From: Xylanibacter ruminicola 23
GTDB lineage: Bacteria > Bacteroidota > Bacteroidia > Bacteroidales > Bacteroidaceae
Assembly: GCF_000025925.1 (NCBI RefSeq)
Contig: NC_014033.1
Span: 2,850,001 to 2,882,000 of the forward strand
Length of the DNA stretch: 32,000 nt
Direction of reading: 5' to 3'
Below the pieces are notes generated by a model. It did not search any database, was not told where the DNA came from, and saw only the letters and a list, made by a program, of their open reading frames with translations. This document shows positions 5,102 through 14,266 of the stretch, one piece after another (within the stretch, counting starts at the first letter, position 1; each line of letters opens with the position of its first letter). A program made the translations under genes and the position numbers.

Positions 5102-6205
5102 ATGTACCAACACGACAAACGAATTGTATTAACACTGGATGCAGGAGGTACCAACTTCGTATTCTCGGCCATCCAGGGGTGTAAGGAACTGGTAGTGCCC
5201 ATCCGACTGGCTGCTGTGACGGATGATACCGAGGCTTGTCTGCACGTTCTGGTTGAAGGATTTTCGCAGGTGATGCAGCAGCTGCCATCAAAGCCTGTGG
5301 CCATCAGTTTTGTTTTCCCAGGGCCTGCCGACTACGAGCATGGCATCATTGGCGACCTGCCCAACTTCCCCTCGTTCAGGGGCGGTGTGGCCTTAGGTCC
5401 TTTCTTGGAAGAGAAGTTTGGCATCCCCGTTTTCATCAACAACGACGGCAACCTGTTTGCCTATGGCGAAGCACTGGCTGGTTCGCTGCCTGCCATCAAC
5501 AATCTGCTGGCATCGCATGGTTGCAACAAGCGCTATCGCAACCTGATTGGCATCACCTTGGGAACAGGATTCGGCGCAGGTGTCGTCATCGATGGCCGAC
5601 TGCTGACAGGCGATAACGGCTGTGGCGGTGATGTGTGGATTATGCGCAACAAGAAATATCCTGAGCTGATAGCCGAAGAGAGTGTGAGCATCAGGGCCGT
5701 GCGCAGGGTTTATGCCGAATTGTCGAAGACCGACGACGCCAACCTGACACCGAAGGATATCTTTGATATCGCCGAAGGCACCACACCAGGCAACCCTTCA
5801 GCTGCCATCGCCGCTTTCAGAGAGTTAGGTGTGATGGCGGGTGCCGCTATTGCCAACGCCCTCAACATCGTTGATGGCATGGTGGTGATAGGCGGCGGTT
5901 TGGCAGGTGCAGCCAAGTATATCCTGCCGGGCGTGATGAGCGAACTGAGATCGCAGGTTGGAACCTTTGCCGGCAACACATTCCATTGTCTGCAGATGGA
6001 TGTTTACAACCTGAGCGATGCCCACGAGATGGCCCGATTCCTGGAAGAGAAGGACACGCTGGTAATGGTGCCCCTGTCGGACAAGCGTGCCAGATATTCA
6101 CGCGACACGAAGATTGGTGTGATGGTATCTGAACTGGGCGCCAGCCGCGCCATCGCACTGGGTGCCTACACATTTGCTTTAGCACAACTCGACAACAACA
6201 GATAA
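5102..6205 (+). CDS. ROK-like (ASKHA superfamily) sugar kinase
   Basis: 367 aa. LTLDAGGTNFVFSAI is the N-terminal phosphate-1 motif, and GITLGTGFGAGVVIDGRLLTGDNG is ROK/glucokinase-like. I could not find the canonical ROK CxCGxxGC zinc motif, so the subfamily is uncertain. Confidence 0.75.
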   Translation: MYQHDKRIVLTLDAGGTNFVFSAIQGCKELVVPIRLAAVTDDTEACLHVLVEGFSQVMQQLPSKPVAISFVFPGPADYEHGIIGDLPNFPSFRGGVALGPFLEEKFGIPVFINNDGNLFAYGEALAGSLPAINNLLASHGCNKRYRNLIGITLGTGFGAGVVIDGRLLTGDNGCGGDVWIMRNKKYPELIAEESVSIRAVRRVYAELSKTDDANLTPKDIFDIAEGTTPGNPSAAIAAFRELGVMAGAAIANALNIVDGMVVIGGGLAGAAKYILPGVMSELRSQVGTFAGNTFHCLQMDVYNLSDAHEMARFLEEKDTLVMVPLSDKRARYSRDTKIGVMVSELGASRAIALGAYTFALAQLDNNR

Positions 6206-6225
6206 CTTTAAACATAACACAGAAA

Positions 6226-8613
6226 ATGAAAAAATCTAGATTTATCTTAGGAATACTGTCCTTGCTTGGATTGGCAGCCTGTTCCACAACAACAAGTACC
6301 CCACTCGACGAAACGCTGATTGACTATGTGAAGCCCAATCTGGGCACCGTTCACAGTCGTTGGTTCTTCTACACGCCCGCTGCCGAACCTTTCGGCATGG
6401 CCAAACTGGGCGCCTCGACCAATGGCACCTATGGCAACAATCAGGGATGGGAAGCCATTGGCTACGAGGATGGTCACACCTCTATCGACGGATTCCCCTG
6501 TCTGCACGAGTTTCAGGTTGGCGGCATCTCGCTCATGCCTGTTACAGGCGAGGTAAAAACGGTGCCTGGCAAGCTGGAGAAACCCGACGAAGGTTTCCGC
6601 TCGCGCTTCGACAAGGATAGCGAAACAGCTCATCCCGGCTACTATTCGGTACTGCTGAAAGACTATCAGGTAAAAACCGAACTCACAGCCACAACACGCG
6701 TGGGTTTCCAACGCTACACGTTCCCAGCATCCAGGTCGTCGCACATTCTGCTCAACATCGGTAACCGCCAGGGTGAGAGTGGCGCTGTGAAGGATGCCTA
6801 TATCCATCAGATCGACGGCAACACCATCGAGGGCTATGTGGTTACAGAGCCTGAATATGTGAAGAAATATCAGGCAGGCGCCACCGTATCGATGTATTTC
6901 TATGCTGTGCTCGACAAGGCACCTGCATCGGTAGATGTGTTTTATCAGGGCGACAGCCTGAAAGCCGGTACAGAGATTAAAGGTCCTGGTGCCATCATGA
7001 GTCTGAACTATACCACCCGTCAGAACGATCAGGTAAACGTAAAAATCGGTTTGTCGTACACCTCGATTGCCAATGCCAAGCTGAATCTGGAGACAGAGGC
7101 CAAGAACCTGACATTCGACGAGGCACTGGCTGCTACAACCCAGAAGTGGCACAAGGCCCTGAACCGCATCAAGGTATCAGGCGGCACGAACGACAACAAG
7201 ATCAAGTTCTACACAGGTCTTTATCACGTGCTGCTGGGCAGAGGAATTGCCAGCGATGTGAATGGCGCCTATCCCAAGAACGACGGCACCGTGGGAGTAA
7301 TCCCTGCGGGTAAAGACGGGAAACCTCTCCACAATCATTACAATACCGACGCCATCTGGGGCGCCTACTGGAACCTGACACCGCTATGGGCCATGGCTTA
7401 TCCTGAGTATTATAACGAGTGGGTGAACAGTCAGCTGCTGGTTTACAAGGATGCCGGCTGGCTGGGTGATGGCATTGCCAACAGCAAGTACGTGTCGGGT
7501 GTAGGCACCAATATGGTGAGCATCGCTATTGCAGGCGCCTATAACAGCGGCATTCGCGATTTTGATATAGCCACTGCCTACGAGGCTGCGCTGAAGAACG
7601 AGCTCTGCTCTGACAACCGTATCGAGGGTGCAGGAAAGATGGATGTGGGCCAGTTTGTAGAGAAGGGTTATGTACCCTTCGACGACAGCATCTTCTATGG
7701 CACACATCGTGGCGGATCTCAATTCTCGGTTTCTCATACCGTAGAGTATAGTTTCAGCGCCTATGCGGTAGCACAACTGGCCAAAGCCTTGGGCAAGGAG
7801 GCCGACTACAAGCAGCTGATGGCCCTCTCGAACGGTTGGACCAAGCTGTTCGACGACGATCTGAAGATGATTCGTCCGCGCGTGGCCAACGGCGATTTTA
7901 TCGATCATTTCAACCCATTGGAGTCGTGGCGCGGTTTCCAGGAGGGTAACGCCTTCCAATACACTTTCTTTGTGCCACAGAATCCTGAGGCATTGGTGGC
8001 CCGCATGGGTCAGGAAGAGTTTAATCACCGCCTCGACTCGGTCTTCACCGAAGCCCGAAAAACCATCTTTGGTGGCGGCAAGGTGGTGAATGCCTTCTCG
8101 GGTGTGGCCAGTCCGTATAATCATGGCAACCAGCCAAGTCTGCACATCCCCTGGCTGTTCAACTTCTCAGGCAAGCCTTATCTCACCCAGAAGTGGACCC
8201 GCCTGATTTGCGAGGAGTTCTATGGCACAACTGGCGAGCATGGTTATGGCTACGGTCAGGACGAAGACCAGGGCCAGCTGGGTGCCTGGTTTGTGATGGC
8301 AGCGATGGGCTTGTTTGATGTGCAGGGCGGTGCCTGCGAGCATCCTACCTATCAGCTGGGCAGTCCGCTGTTCGACAGAATCGAGATTCAGTTGAGCGAC
8401 AAATACGCATCGGGCAAGACGTTCGTTATCGAAACAGAAGGTAATGGCGCTGGTGCCAGCTATATCCAGTCGGCCGAACTGAACGGCAAAACCTGGAACA
8501 AGTGCTGGCTGTTCCGCGATGAGCTCTTCAAGGGTGGTGTACTCAAGCTCAAAATGGGCACTCAGCCCAATAACAACTGGGGACTGGAAGCACCCGTTCA
8601 TTGTCCGCAGTAA
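6226..8613 (+). CDS. GH92 family alpha-mannosidase, lipoprotein
   Basis: 795 aa with a lipoprotein signal MKKSRFILGILSLLGLAAC. GH92-typical blocks are present: HPGYYSVLLKDYQVKTELTATTRVGFQRYTF, FYTGLYH, YNHGNQPSLHIPWLFNFSGKPYLTQKW and YGYGQDEDQGQLGAWFV. Confidence 0.9.
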   Translation: MKKSRFILGILSLLGLAACSTTTSTPLDETLIDYVKPNLGTVHSRWFFYTPAAEPFGMAKLGASTNGTYGNNQGWEAIGYEDGHTSIDGFPCLHEFQVGGISLMPVTGEVKTVPGKLEKPDEGFRSRFDKDSETAHPGYYSVLLKDYQVKTELTATTRVGFQRYTFPASRSSHILLNIGNRQGESGAVKDAYIHQIDGNTIEGYVVTEPEYVKKYQAGATVSMYFYAVLDKAPASVDVFYQGDSLKAGTEIKGPGAIMSLNYTTRQNDQVNVKIGLSYTSIANAKLNLETEAKNLTFDEALAATTQKWHKALNRIKVSGGTNDNKIKFYTGLYHVLLGRGIASDVNGAYPKNDGTVGVIPAGKDGKPLHNHYNTDAIWGAYWNLTPLWAMAYPEYYNEWVNSQLLVYKDAGWLGDGIANSKYVSGVGTNMVSIAIAGAYNSGIRDFDIATAYEAALKNELCSDNRIEGAGKMDVGQFVEKGYVPFDDSIFYGTHRGGSQFSVSHTVEYSFSAYAVAQLAKALGKEADYKQLMALSNGWTKLFDDDLKMIRPRVANGDFIDHFNPLESWRGFQEGNAFQYTFFVPQNPEALVARMGQEEFNHRLDSVFTEARKTIFGGGKVVNAFSGVASPYNHGNQPSLHIPWLFNFSGKPYLTQKWTRLICEEFYGTTGEHGYGYGQDEDQGQLGAWFVMAAMGLFDVQGGACEHPTYQLGSPLFDRIEIQLSDKYASGKTFVIETEGNGAGASYIQSAELNGKTWNKCWLFRDELFKGGVLKLKMGTQPNNNWGLEAPVHCPQ

Positions 8614-8646
8614 TCAACAGTACATCAACTTCCAACAACTATCATC

Positions 8647-9825
8647 ATGAAACAAAAACCGATTTTTTCTGCCCTCCCGATACTGTTCGGGTTCTTTATC
8701 ATGGGCTTCTGCGATATCGTAGGCATCTCGTCCGACTATGTACAGCGCAGTTTCGGATGGTCGCCAGTGATGACAGGCTTCGTGCCTTCGCTGGTATTTA
8801 TCTGGTTTCTGTTCCTCAGCATCCCTGTGGGCAATCAGATGAACAGATGGGGCCGCAAAAACACCGTTCTGCTGAGTATGGGTATCACCGTGGTGGGCAT
8901 GCTCCTGCCGCTGGTGACCTATAACAGCACAACCTGCATGCTTGCCTATGCCCTGCTGGGCATTGGCAACGCCATTCTGCAAGTATCGCTGAATCCGCTG
9001 TTGAATAATGTGATAACCGATGATAAACTCCTGACCAGCAGTCTTACTGCCGGTCAGGTTATCAAGGCAATATCCTCACTGGTAGGTCCGGAAATCGTAC
9101 TGCTGGCAGTAAACTATGGCGGCGAGGATAAGTGGTACTACTGTTTCCCGCTATTGGGTTTCACCACCCTACTGTCGGCGGTTTGGCTGATGCTCACCCC
9201 TATCAAGCGCGAACCAGCTGTTGCCGAGAGCCAGGTATCCCTTTCTTCTTCGTTCGCATTACTGAAGAATCAAACGATACTTCAGCTGTTTCTGGGCATT
9301 TTCTTTATCGTGGGTGTTGATGTGGGCACCAATTACATCAGTTCCAAACTGATGGCCATGCGGTTCGGATGGGATGAGGACGCAGTAAAGTTTGCACCTC
9401 AGGTTTATTTCTTCTGTCGAACCATAGGCGCCTTGATAGGTGTGTTTGCGCTGTCGCGCGTGGCAAGCATCAAGTATTTCAGAGTCAATATCCTGTGTTG
9501 CATCGCTGCGCTGCTGGTGATGCTGACAGTAGAGCACGATATGGTTAACCTGGCATGCATCGGGGCCGTGGGCTTTTTTGCCTCGTCGGTATTCTCTATC
9601 ATCTATTCGAAGGCCATCCAGGCTCAACCCGACAAAGCCAATCAGATTTCAGGACTGATGATAACTGCCGTTGCAGGCGGCGGTGTGGTCACCCCTGTGA
9701 TTGGTTTCGCCATTGGCGCCATAGGCATCATCGGCGGCATCCTTGTAACGCTGTGCTGCGTGCTTTATCTCACCTATTGTGCTTTTGGTCACGCAGGCAG
9801 CTGCATGGGCCACGGACCATTCTAA
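8647..9825 (+). CDS. MFS transporter (sugar/H+ symporter, FucP-like)
   Basis: 392 aa with ~12 hydrophobic helices. It contains a G..MNRWGRK loop motif typical of MFS loop 2-3. It is the last gene of the mannose cluster. Confidence 0.85.
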   Translation: MKQKPIFSALPILFGFFIMGFCDIVGISSDYVQRSFGWSPVMTGFVPSLVFIWFLFLSIPVGNQMNRWGRKNTVLLSMGITVVGMLLPLVTYNSTTCMLAYALLGIGNAILQVSLNPLLNNVITDDKLLTSSLTAGQVIKAISSLVGPEIVLLAVNYGGEDKWYYCFPLLGFTTLLSAVWLMLTPIKREPAVAESQVSLSSSFALLKNQTILQLFLGIFFIVGVDVGTNYISSKLMAMRFGWDEDAVKFAPQVYFFCRTIGALIGVFALSRVASIKYFRVNILCCIAALLVMLTVEHDMVNLACIGAVGFFASSVFSIIYSKAIQAQPDKANQISGLMITAVAGGGVVTPVIGFAIGAIGIIGGILVTLCCVLYLTYCAFGHAGSCMGHGPF

Positions 9826-9847
9826 GGATGGTTTAGCCCCAACCACA

Positions 9848-9882
9848 AGAGGACCGACATTCACAACGAATGCCGGTCCTCT
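9848..9882. terminator. Bidirectional stem-loop between the convergent MFS gene and the small membrane ORF
   Basis: AGAGGACCG 9848-9856 pairs perfectly with CGGTCCTCT 9874-9882. An inner pair CATTC/GAATG (9858-9862 with 9868-9872) closes on loop ACAAC. Confidence 0.55.
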
Positions 9883-9887
9883 CGCTT

Positions 9888-10181
9888 CTAACTCATAATA
9901 ACATATTTGGTAAACACCAGTATCAGCATCATGAAGGAAAAGGCGAAAGCCCAATATTTACTGGCGCACTTTAGCAATGCGGTCGAAAAATGCATCTGCT
10001 CGTTGGATGTGGCATACTTAATTAAGACAACTGCCATAGTGAACAACAATGCTACATAGAATGCGCTGCCTACCATATAGCCCCACCCCATAAACTGGAG
10101 GTTTTGAAGCATATTGAGGAATGGCACACTAAGGAATACGCATGCAATAATAATCGATTGTTTATCCGTTGCTTTCATCAT
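9888..10181 (-). CDS. Small hypothetical membrane protein (97 aa), AT-rich
   Basis: MMKATDKQSIIIACVFLSVPFLNML...GWGYMVGSAFYVALLFTMAVVLI...YWAFAFSFMMLILVFT has three hydrophobic helices. The ORF-track start at 10214 is a TTG lying inside the -7 box, so I trimmed it to the ATGATG at 10181. Confidence 0.45.
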   Translation of the reverse strand: MMKATDKQSIIIACVFLSVPFLNMLQNLQFMGWGYMVGSAFYVALLFTMAVVLIKYATSNEQMHFSTALLKCASKYWAFAFSFMMLILVFTKYVIMS

Positions 10182-10211
10182 TTTATATCTCTTATTTATT
10201 GATTGACGGTG

Positions 10212-10219
10212 CAAAGATA
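10212..10219 (-). promoter_or_regulatory. -7 promoter box TATCTTTG (minus strand) for the small membrane ORF
   Basis: Plus-strand CAAAGATA, 31 nt upstream of the ATG at 10181. Confidence 0.35.
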
Positions 10220-10272
10220 ACTACTTTCGATGGCAAAAAGGGTTAACCGAACGTTATTTTTTTGTTAAATAC

Positions 10273-10302
10273 AAAAAAAAGTCCCAACCTTGCGATTGGG
10301 AC
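10273..10302 (-). terminator. Rho-independent terminator of tRNA-Asn
   Basis: On the minus strand: GTCCCAA-TCGCAAGG-TTGGGAC followed by T8. It begins 5 nt after the tRNA 3' end. Confidence 0.65.
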
Positions 10303-10307
10303 TTAAG

Positions 10308-10381
10308 CGCTTCAGGATGGGCTTGAACCAACGACCCCCTGATTAACAGTCAGGTGCTCTAACCAACTGAGCTACTGAAGC
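10308..10381 (-). tRNA. tRNA-Asn (anticodon GUU)
   Basis: Minus strand reads GCTTCAG TA GCTC AGTTGGTTA GAGC A CCTGA CTGTTAA TCAGG GGGTC GTTGG TTCAAGC CCATC CTGAAGC G. It is a 74-nt cloverleaf with a 7-bp acceptor stem and anticodon loop CU-GUU-AA. The T stem has one U:U mismatch. No CCA is encoded. Confidence 0.9.
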
Positions 10382-10403
10382 AGGTATTGCTGTTAAGCGG
10401 GTG

Positions 10404-10411
10404 CAAAAGTA
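10404..10411 (-). promoter_or_regulatory. -7 promoter box TACTTTTG (minus strand) for tRNA-Asn
   Basis: Plus-strand CAAAAGTA, 23 nt upstream of the tRNA 5' end. Confidence 0.45.
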
Positions 10412-10516
10412 CGAGGATTTTTTGAAACTACCAAACTTTTTTGGAAAAAAATGACTATAAACCTTAATTTTTTTCATTTTTCAGACAAAAATGCACGTTT
10501 TTCGCCGTAAATCTTG

Positions 10517-10524
10517 TAATTTTG
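10517..10524 (+). promoter_or_regulatory. -7 promoter box TAATTTTG for the S41 peptidase gene
   Basis: Matches TAnnTTTG, 27 nt upstream of the ATGATG at 10551. It lies inside the over-extended ORF-track N-terminus. Confidence 0.45.
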
Positions 10525-10550
10525 CAGCCATAAACATTAATTATATTAGG

Positions 10551-12314
10551 ATGATGAAGAAACGATTAATGATAGCTCTTTGCGCGATGGCCCTATCCAC
10601 CACCGCCACAATGGCCCAGAAAACCAGCGACCATAACTTTGAGGTGGCTAAGCAGCTGGATATACTGAACCACGTATATAAGAATCTGGACCTGCTGTAT
10701 GTGGATACGCTGAACCCCAAGGAAACGGTGGGCACAGCCATTAACGCCATGTTACGCAGTCTTGACCCCTATACCGAATACTACGCACAGGACGAAACCA
10801 AGAACCTGCGACAGATGCTTACAGGAAAGTATGCAGGTATAGGCGCCGTGGTGCGCAAACACCAGAAACTGGACCGTGTGGTGATTGACGAGCCATACGA
10901 GAACATGCCAGCCGCCGAGGCCGGACTGAAGAAGGGCGACATCATACTGAGTATCGACGACTCGATGATGATATCGAAAGAGGTGGGCTACGTGAGCAGT
11001 CATCTGCGTGGCGAGCCTGGCACTACCTTTGTACTGAAGGCCATGCGCCCCAGCACAGGTAAGCTGATGAACTTTAAGATTACACGTCGCAACATCAAAC
11101 TTCCCGAACTGCCCTACTACGGTGTAAAGGATGGCGTGGGCTACATTGTACTGAACCAGTTTACCGAGGGATGCGCCAAGGAGGTGCGTCGTGCATTTGT
11201 GGATTTGAAGAAACAGGGTGCCACATCGCTGATATTCGACCTGCGCGGCAATGGCGGCGGATCGGAGCAGGAGGCTGTGGATATCTTGAACATCTGGCTG
11301 GCAAAAGGCGTAAAGGTAGTTGAGAACCGAGGCAAACTGCGCCAGGCCAGCAAGGGATACGAAACGCGCGTAGAGCCCGTTGACACCGTGATGCCCATGG
11401 TGGTGCTGGTGAACAGCGAGACGGCATCGGCCAGCGAGATTACCAGCGGCGCGCTGCAGGATTTGGATCGCGCCATTATATTAGGTACGCGTACGTATGG
11501 CAAGGGATTGGTACAGATACCTATCGACCTGCCTTACAATACCAACATGAAGGTAACCACCTCGAAATACTACATCCCCAGCGGACGCTGCATTCAGGCT
11601 TACAACTACAAGCGCGGCATGGGCTATCAGGAGCATATACCCGATTCGCTCACCAAGGTGTTCTACACCCGCAACGGTCGCGAGGTGCGCGATGGCGGTG
11701 GCATTATGCCCGATGTAGAGCTGAAGGGCGACACCATACCTAACATTGCCTTCTACCTGAGTGCCAGCGGACAGGACTCAACCGAGGTGATGTTCGACTA
11801 CGTGGTGGATTACATTGCCAAGCACCCACAGATAGCACCTGCTACCGAGTTCCACATCAGCGCTGCCGACTGGCAGGAGTTTAAGGCCCGCGTCATCAAG
11901 AGCGGTTTTACTTACGACCCCGTGAGCAAGAAGCAGTTGGCCGAACTGGTAAAGACAGCTAAGTTTGAGGGCTACTACGATGATGCCAAGCAGACTTTTG
12001 ACGAGCTGGAGAAGCAGCTGAACCACAACGTGGCTACCGATCTGGACAAGCACGAGAAGGTGCTGCGACAGGTGCTGGAGACTGATATCATCGCCGCCTA
12101 CTACTACCAGCGCGGCACCATCGAGGCTGCCCTGGCCTACGACAAACAGGTGAAAGAGGCCATACGCCTGCTGAAGAATCAGGAGGAGTACAAGAAAATA
12201 CTGCAGCCCAAGAAGCCCAAGCAGACTGCCCAGTTGATACAGCTGCAGAAGAAATCGCCCGTAAATATCACCAAAAACGCCCCTAAACGAATGATTTTTA
12301 GTGATTTAGCATAA
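10551..12314 (+). CDS. S41 family peptidase (C-terminal processing / tail-specific protease)
   Basis: The start is trimmed to MMKKRLMIALCAMALSTTATMAQ, a signal peptide. A PDZ-like segment AAEAGLKKGDIILSIDD is present. The catalytic Ser region is VVLVNSETASASEI and the Lys region is TYGKGLVQ. Confidence 0.85.
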   Translation: MMKKRLMIALCAMALSTTATMAQKTSDHNFEVAKQLDILNHVYKNLDLLYVDTLNPKETVGTAINAMLRSLDPYTEYYAQDETKNLRQMLTGKYAGIGAVVRKHQKLDRVVIDEPYENMPAAEAGLKKGDIILSIDDSMMISKEVGYVSSHLRGEPGTTFVLKAMRPSTGKLMNFKITRRNIKLPELPYYGVKDGVGYIVLNQFTEGCAKEVRRAFVDLKKQGATSLIFDLRGNGGGSEQEAVDILNIWLAKGVKVVENRGKLRQASKGYETRVEPVDTVMPMVVLVNSETASASEITSGALQDLDRAIILGTRTYGKGLVQIPIDLPYNTNMKVTTSKYYIPSGRCIQAYNYKRGMGYQEHIPDSLTKVFYTRNGREVRDGGGIMPDVELKGDTIPNIAFYLSASGQDSTEVMFDYVVDYIAKHPQIAPATEFHISAADWQEFKARVIKSGFTYDPVSKKQLAELVKTAKFEGYYDDAKQTFDELEKQLNHNVATDLDKHEKVLRQVLETDIIAAYYYQRGTIEAALAYDKQVKEAIRLLKNQEEYKKILQPKKPKQTAQLIQLQKKSPVNITKNAPKRMIFSDLA

Positions 12315-12353
12315 AAAAGTGTGGAAAAATTTGGAGGATTGCAGAATTATTCG

Positions 12354-12361
12354 TAATTTTG
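12354..12361 (+). promoter_or_regulatory. -7 promoter box TAATTTTG upstream of rimP
   Basis: Matches TAnnTTTG, 64 nt upstream of the rimP ATG. Confidence 0.4.
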
Positions 12362-12375
12362 CACCCGTTCAGCGG

Positions 12376-12403
12376 AATGAGAGGCTCGAAAGAGTCTCTC
12401 ATT
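12376..12403 (+). promoter_or_regulatory. 12-bp stem-loop with GAAA tetraloop: either the rimP-nusA-infB leader attenuator/5' hairpin or the terminator of the S41 gene
   Basis: AATGAGAGGCTC-GAAA-GAGTCTCTCATT with one G:U pair, followed by TCACATTTT. It sits between the -7 box and the rimP ATG. Confidence 0.45.
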
Positions 12404-12424
12404 TCACATTTTAATAACTGATAG

Positions 12425-12892
12425 ATGATAAATAAAGAGATTATTCAGACATTAACGGAAGAGTGGTTGCAGGGCAACGAGTACTTCCTGGTAGACGTGA
12501 ACTTTGCGGCTGATGACCGCATCGTGATTGAGATTGACCATGCCGATGGTGTATGGATCGAGGATTGTGCAGCATTGAGCCGATTCCTGCAGGAGCGCCT
12601 GGGCGAGGAACTCGGAGAATACGAACTGGAAGTGGGCAGCGCCGGCTTAGGTCAGCCATTTAAGGTAGCCCAGCAATACATGAACCACATTGGCGACACC
12701 CTTGAGGTGCTGCAGGCCGATGGTAAGAAGGTACAGGGCACGCTGAAGGCAGTAGATGCCCCAAGCTTTACCATTACCGTACAGGAAAAGCAGAAGATTG
12801 AAGGCAAGAAGCGCCCCGTGCTGGTAGATGTAGATAAGACCTACCAGATGGACGAGGTGAAGTACGCCAAGTACGTGCTGGCCTTTAAATAA
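12425..12892 (+). CDS. rimP: Ribosome maturation factor RimP
   Basis: 155 aa. The N-terminal pattern is EYFLVDVNFAADDRIVIEIDHADGVWIEDCAALSRFL. It occupies the conserved position directly upstream of nusA-infB. Confidence 0.85.
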   Translation: MINKEIIQTLTEEWLQGNEYFLVDVNFAADDRIVIEIDHADGVWIEDCAALSRFLQERLGEELGEYELEVGSAGLGQPFKVAQQYMNHIGDTLEVLQADGKKVQGTLKAVDAPSFTITVQEKQKIEGKKRPVLVDVDKTYQMDEVKYAKYVLAFK

Positions 12893-12970
12893 AATGTAAA
12901 AATTAAAAAATTCAAGAATGTAATAATTCAAGGATTGTAGTTTGGTAAAAATTAAAAAAACAATATAAGA

Positions 12971-14230
12971 ATGGCAGTAAAAAAAGAAGAGAAGGGCCCC
13001 TCAATGATTGAGACCTTCCAGGAATTCAAGGAAACCAAGAACATCGATCGTACCACACTGGTGAGCGTACTGGAGGAAAGCTTCCGTAACGTTATCGCTA
13101 AGATTTTTGGTTCGGACGAGAATTTTGACGTGATCGTAAACCCCGACAAGGGCGACTTTGAGATTCACCGTAACCGCGTGGTAGTACCCGACGGCGAGGT
13201 GATGGATGAGAACAAGGAGATTGAGCTGAGCGAGGCTCAGAAGATTGAGCCCGACTACGAGGTTGGCGAGGAAGTATCAGAGGAGGTACAGTTCGCTAAG
13301 TTTGGTCGCCGTGCCATTCTGAACCTGCGTCAGACTCTGGCTTCGAAGATTCTGGAGCTGGAGCACGACTCACTCTACCAGAAGTACAAGGATAAGGTTC
13401 ACCAGGTAGTTAGCGGTGAAGTTTACCAGATTTGGAAGCGCGAGGTACTGCTGATTGACGATGAGGGTAACGAGCTGCACTTGCCAAAGCAGGAGCAGAT
13501 TCCTGGCGACAACTACCACAAGGGCGAGACCGTACGTGCCGTAGTAAAGGAGGTACAGAACGAGAACAACAACCCTCGTATCATCCTCTCTCGTACAAGC
13601 CCCGTATTCCTAGAGCGTTTGCTCGAGGCTGAGGTACCTGAGATTCAGGACGGACTGATTACCATCAAGCGTGTGGCCCGTATCCCTGGCGACCGTGCCA
13701 AGGTGGCTGTTGAGAGCTACGACGACCGTATCGATCCAGTAGGAGCCTGCGTAGGTGTTAAGGGTAGCCGTGTGCACGGTATCGTTCGCGAGCTGTGCAA
13801 CGAGAATATCGACGTGATCAACTACTCGGCTAACACCCAGCTGTTTATCCAGCGCGCACTTAGCCCAGCTAAGATTTCGAGCATCAACCTGGATCAGGAG
13901 AACCACAAGGCCGAGGTTTATCTGCAGCCCGAGGAGGTATCGCTGGCCATCGGTCGTGGCGGTATGAACATCAAGCTGGCCTCTATGCTTACCGAATATA
14001 CCATCGACGTATTCCGTGTGCTTAACGAAGGCGAGGCCGATGAGGATATCTACCTGGATGAGTTCTCAGACGAGATCGACCAGTGGGTTATCGATGCCAT
14101 CAAGGCTATCGGACTGGATACAGCTAAGGCTGTGCTCAATGCTCCACGTGAAATGTTGATTGAGAAGGCCGACCTGGAGGAAGAGACCGTCGACCAGCTG
14201 CTGGATGTACTCCGCGCGGAGTTTGAGTAA
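12971..14230 (+). CDS. nusA: Transcription termination/antitermination factor NusA
   Basis: 419 aa. The N-terminal domain is FQEFKETKNIDRTTLVSVLEESFR, the S1 region is GEVYQIWKREVLLIDDEGNELHLPKQEQIPGDNYHKGETVRAVV, and the KH motifs are RIDPVGACVGVKGSRV and AIGRGGMNIKLAS. Confidence 0.95.
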   Translation: MAVKKEEKGPSMIETFQEFKETKNIDRTTLVSVLEESFRNVIAKIFGSDENFDVIVNPDKGDFEIHRNRVVVPDGEVMDENKEIELSEAQKIEPDYEVGEEVSEEVQFAKFGRRAILNLRQTLASKILELEHDSLYQKYKDKVHQVVSGEVYQIWKREVLLIDDEGNELHLPKQEQIPGDNYHKGETVRAVVKEVQNENNNPRIILSRTSPVFLERLLEAEVPEIQDGLITIKRVARIPGDRAKVAVESYDDRIDPVGACVGVKGSRVHGIVRELCNENIDVINYSANTQLFIQRALSPAKISSINLDQENHKAEVYLQPEEVSLAIGRGGMNIKLASMLTEYTIDVFRVLNEGEADEDIYLDEFSDEIDQWVIDAIKAIGLDTAKAVLNAPREMLIEKADLEEETVDQLLDVLRAEFE

Positions 14231-14266
14231 GAATTGAAAATTAGAAAACTGAAAAATTGAAGTTTA

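Noticed and set aside
6247-8601. 301-, 253- and 144-aa minus-strand ORFs antisense to GH92
   Set aside because: These are shadow ORFs. The plus frame has unmistakable GH92 blocks and a lipoprotein signal.
10491-10550. ORF-track N-terminal extension of the S41 peptidase (MHVFRRKSCNFAAININYIR). Similar extensions occur at 10182-10214, 24879-24914, 25058-25111 and 29920-30012.
   Set aside because: The extensions either start with TTG or run through TAnnTTTG -7 boxes. They would also bury clear signal peptides or conserved N-termini. The murQ extension would overlap the GH16 gene. The starts were moved to the internal ATGs.
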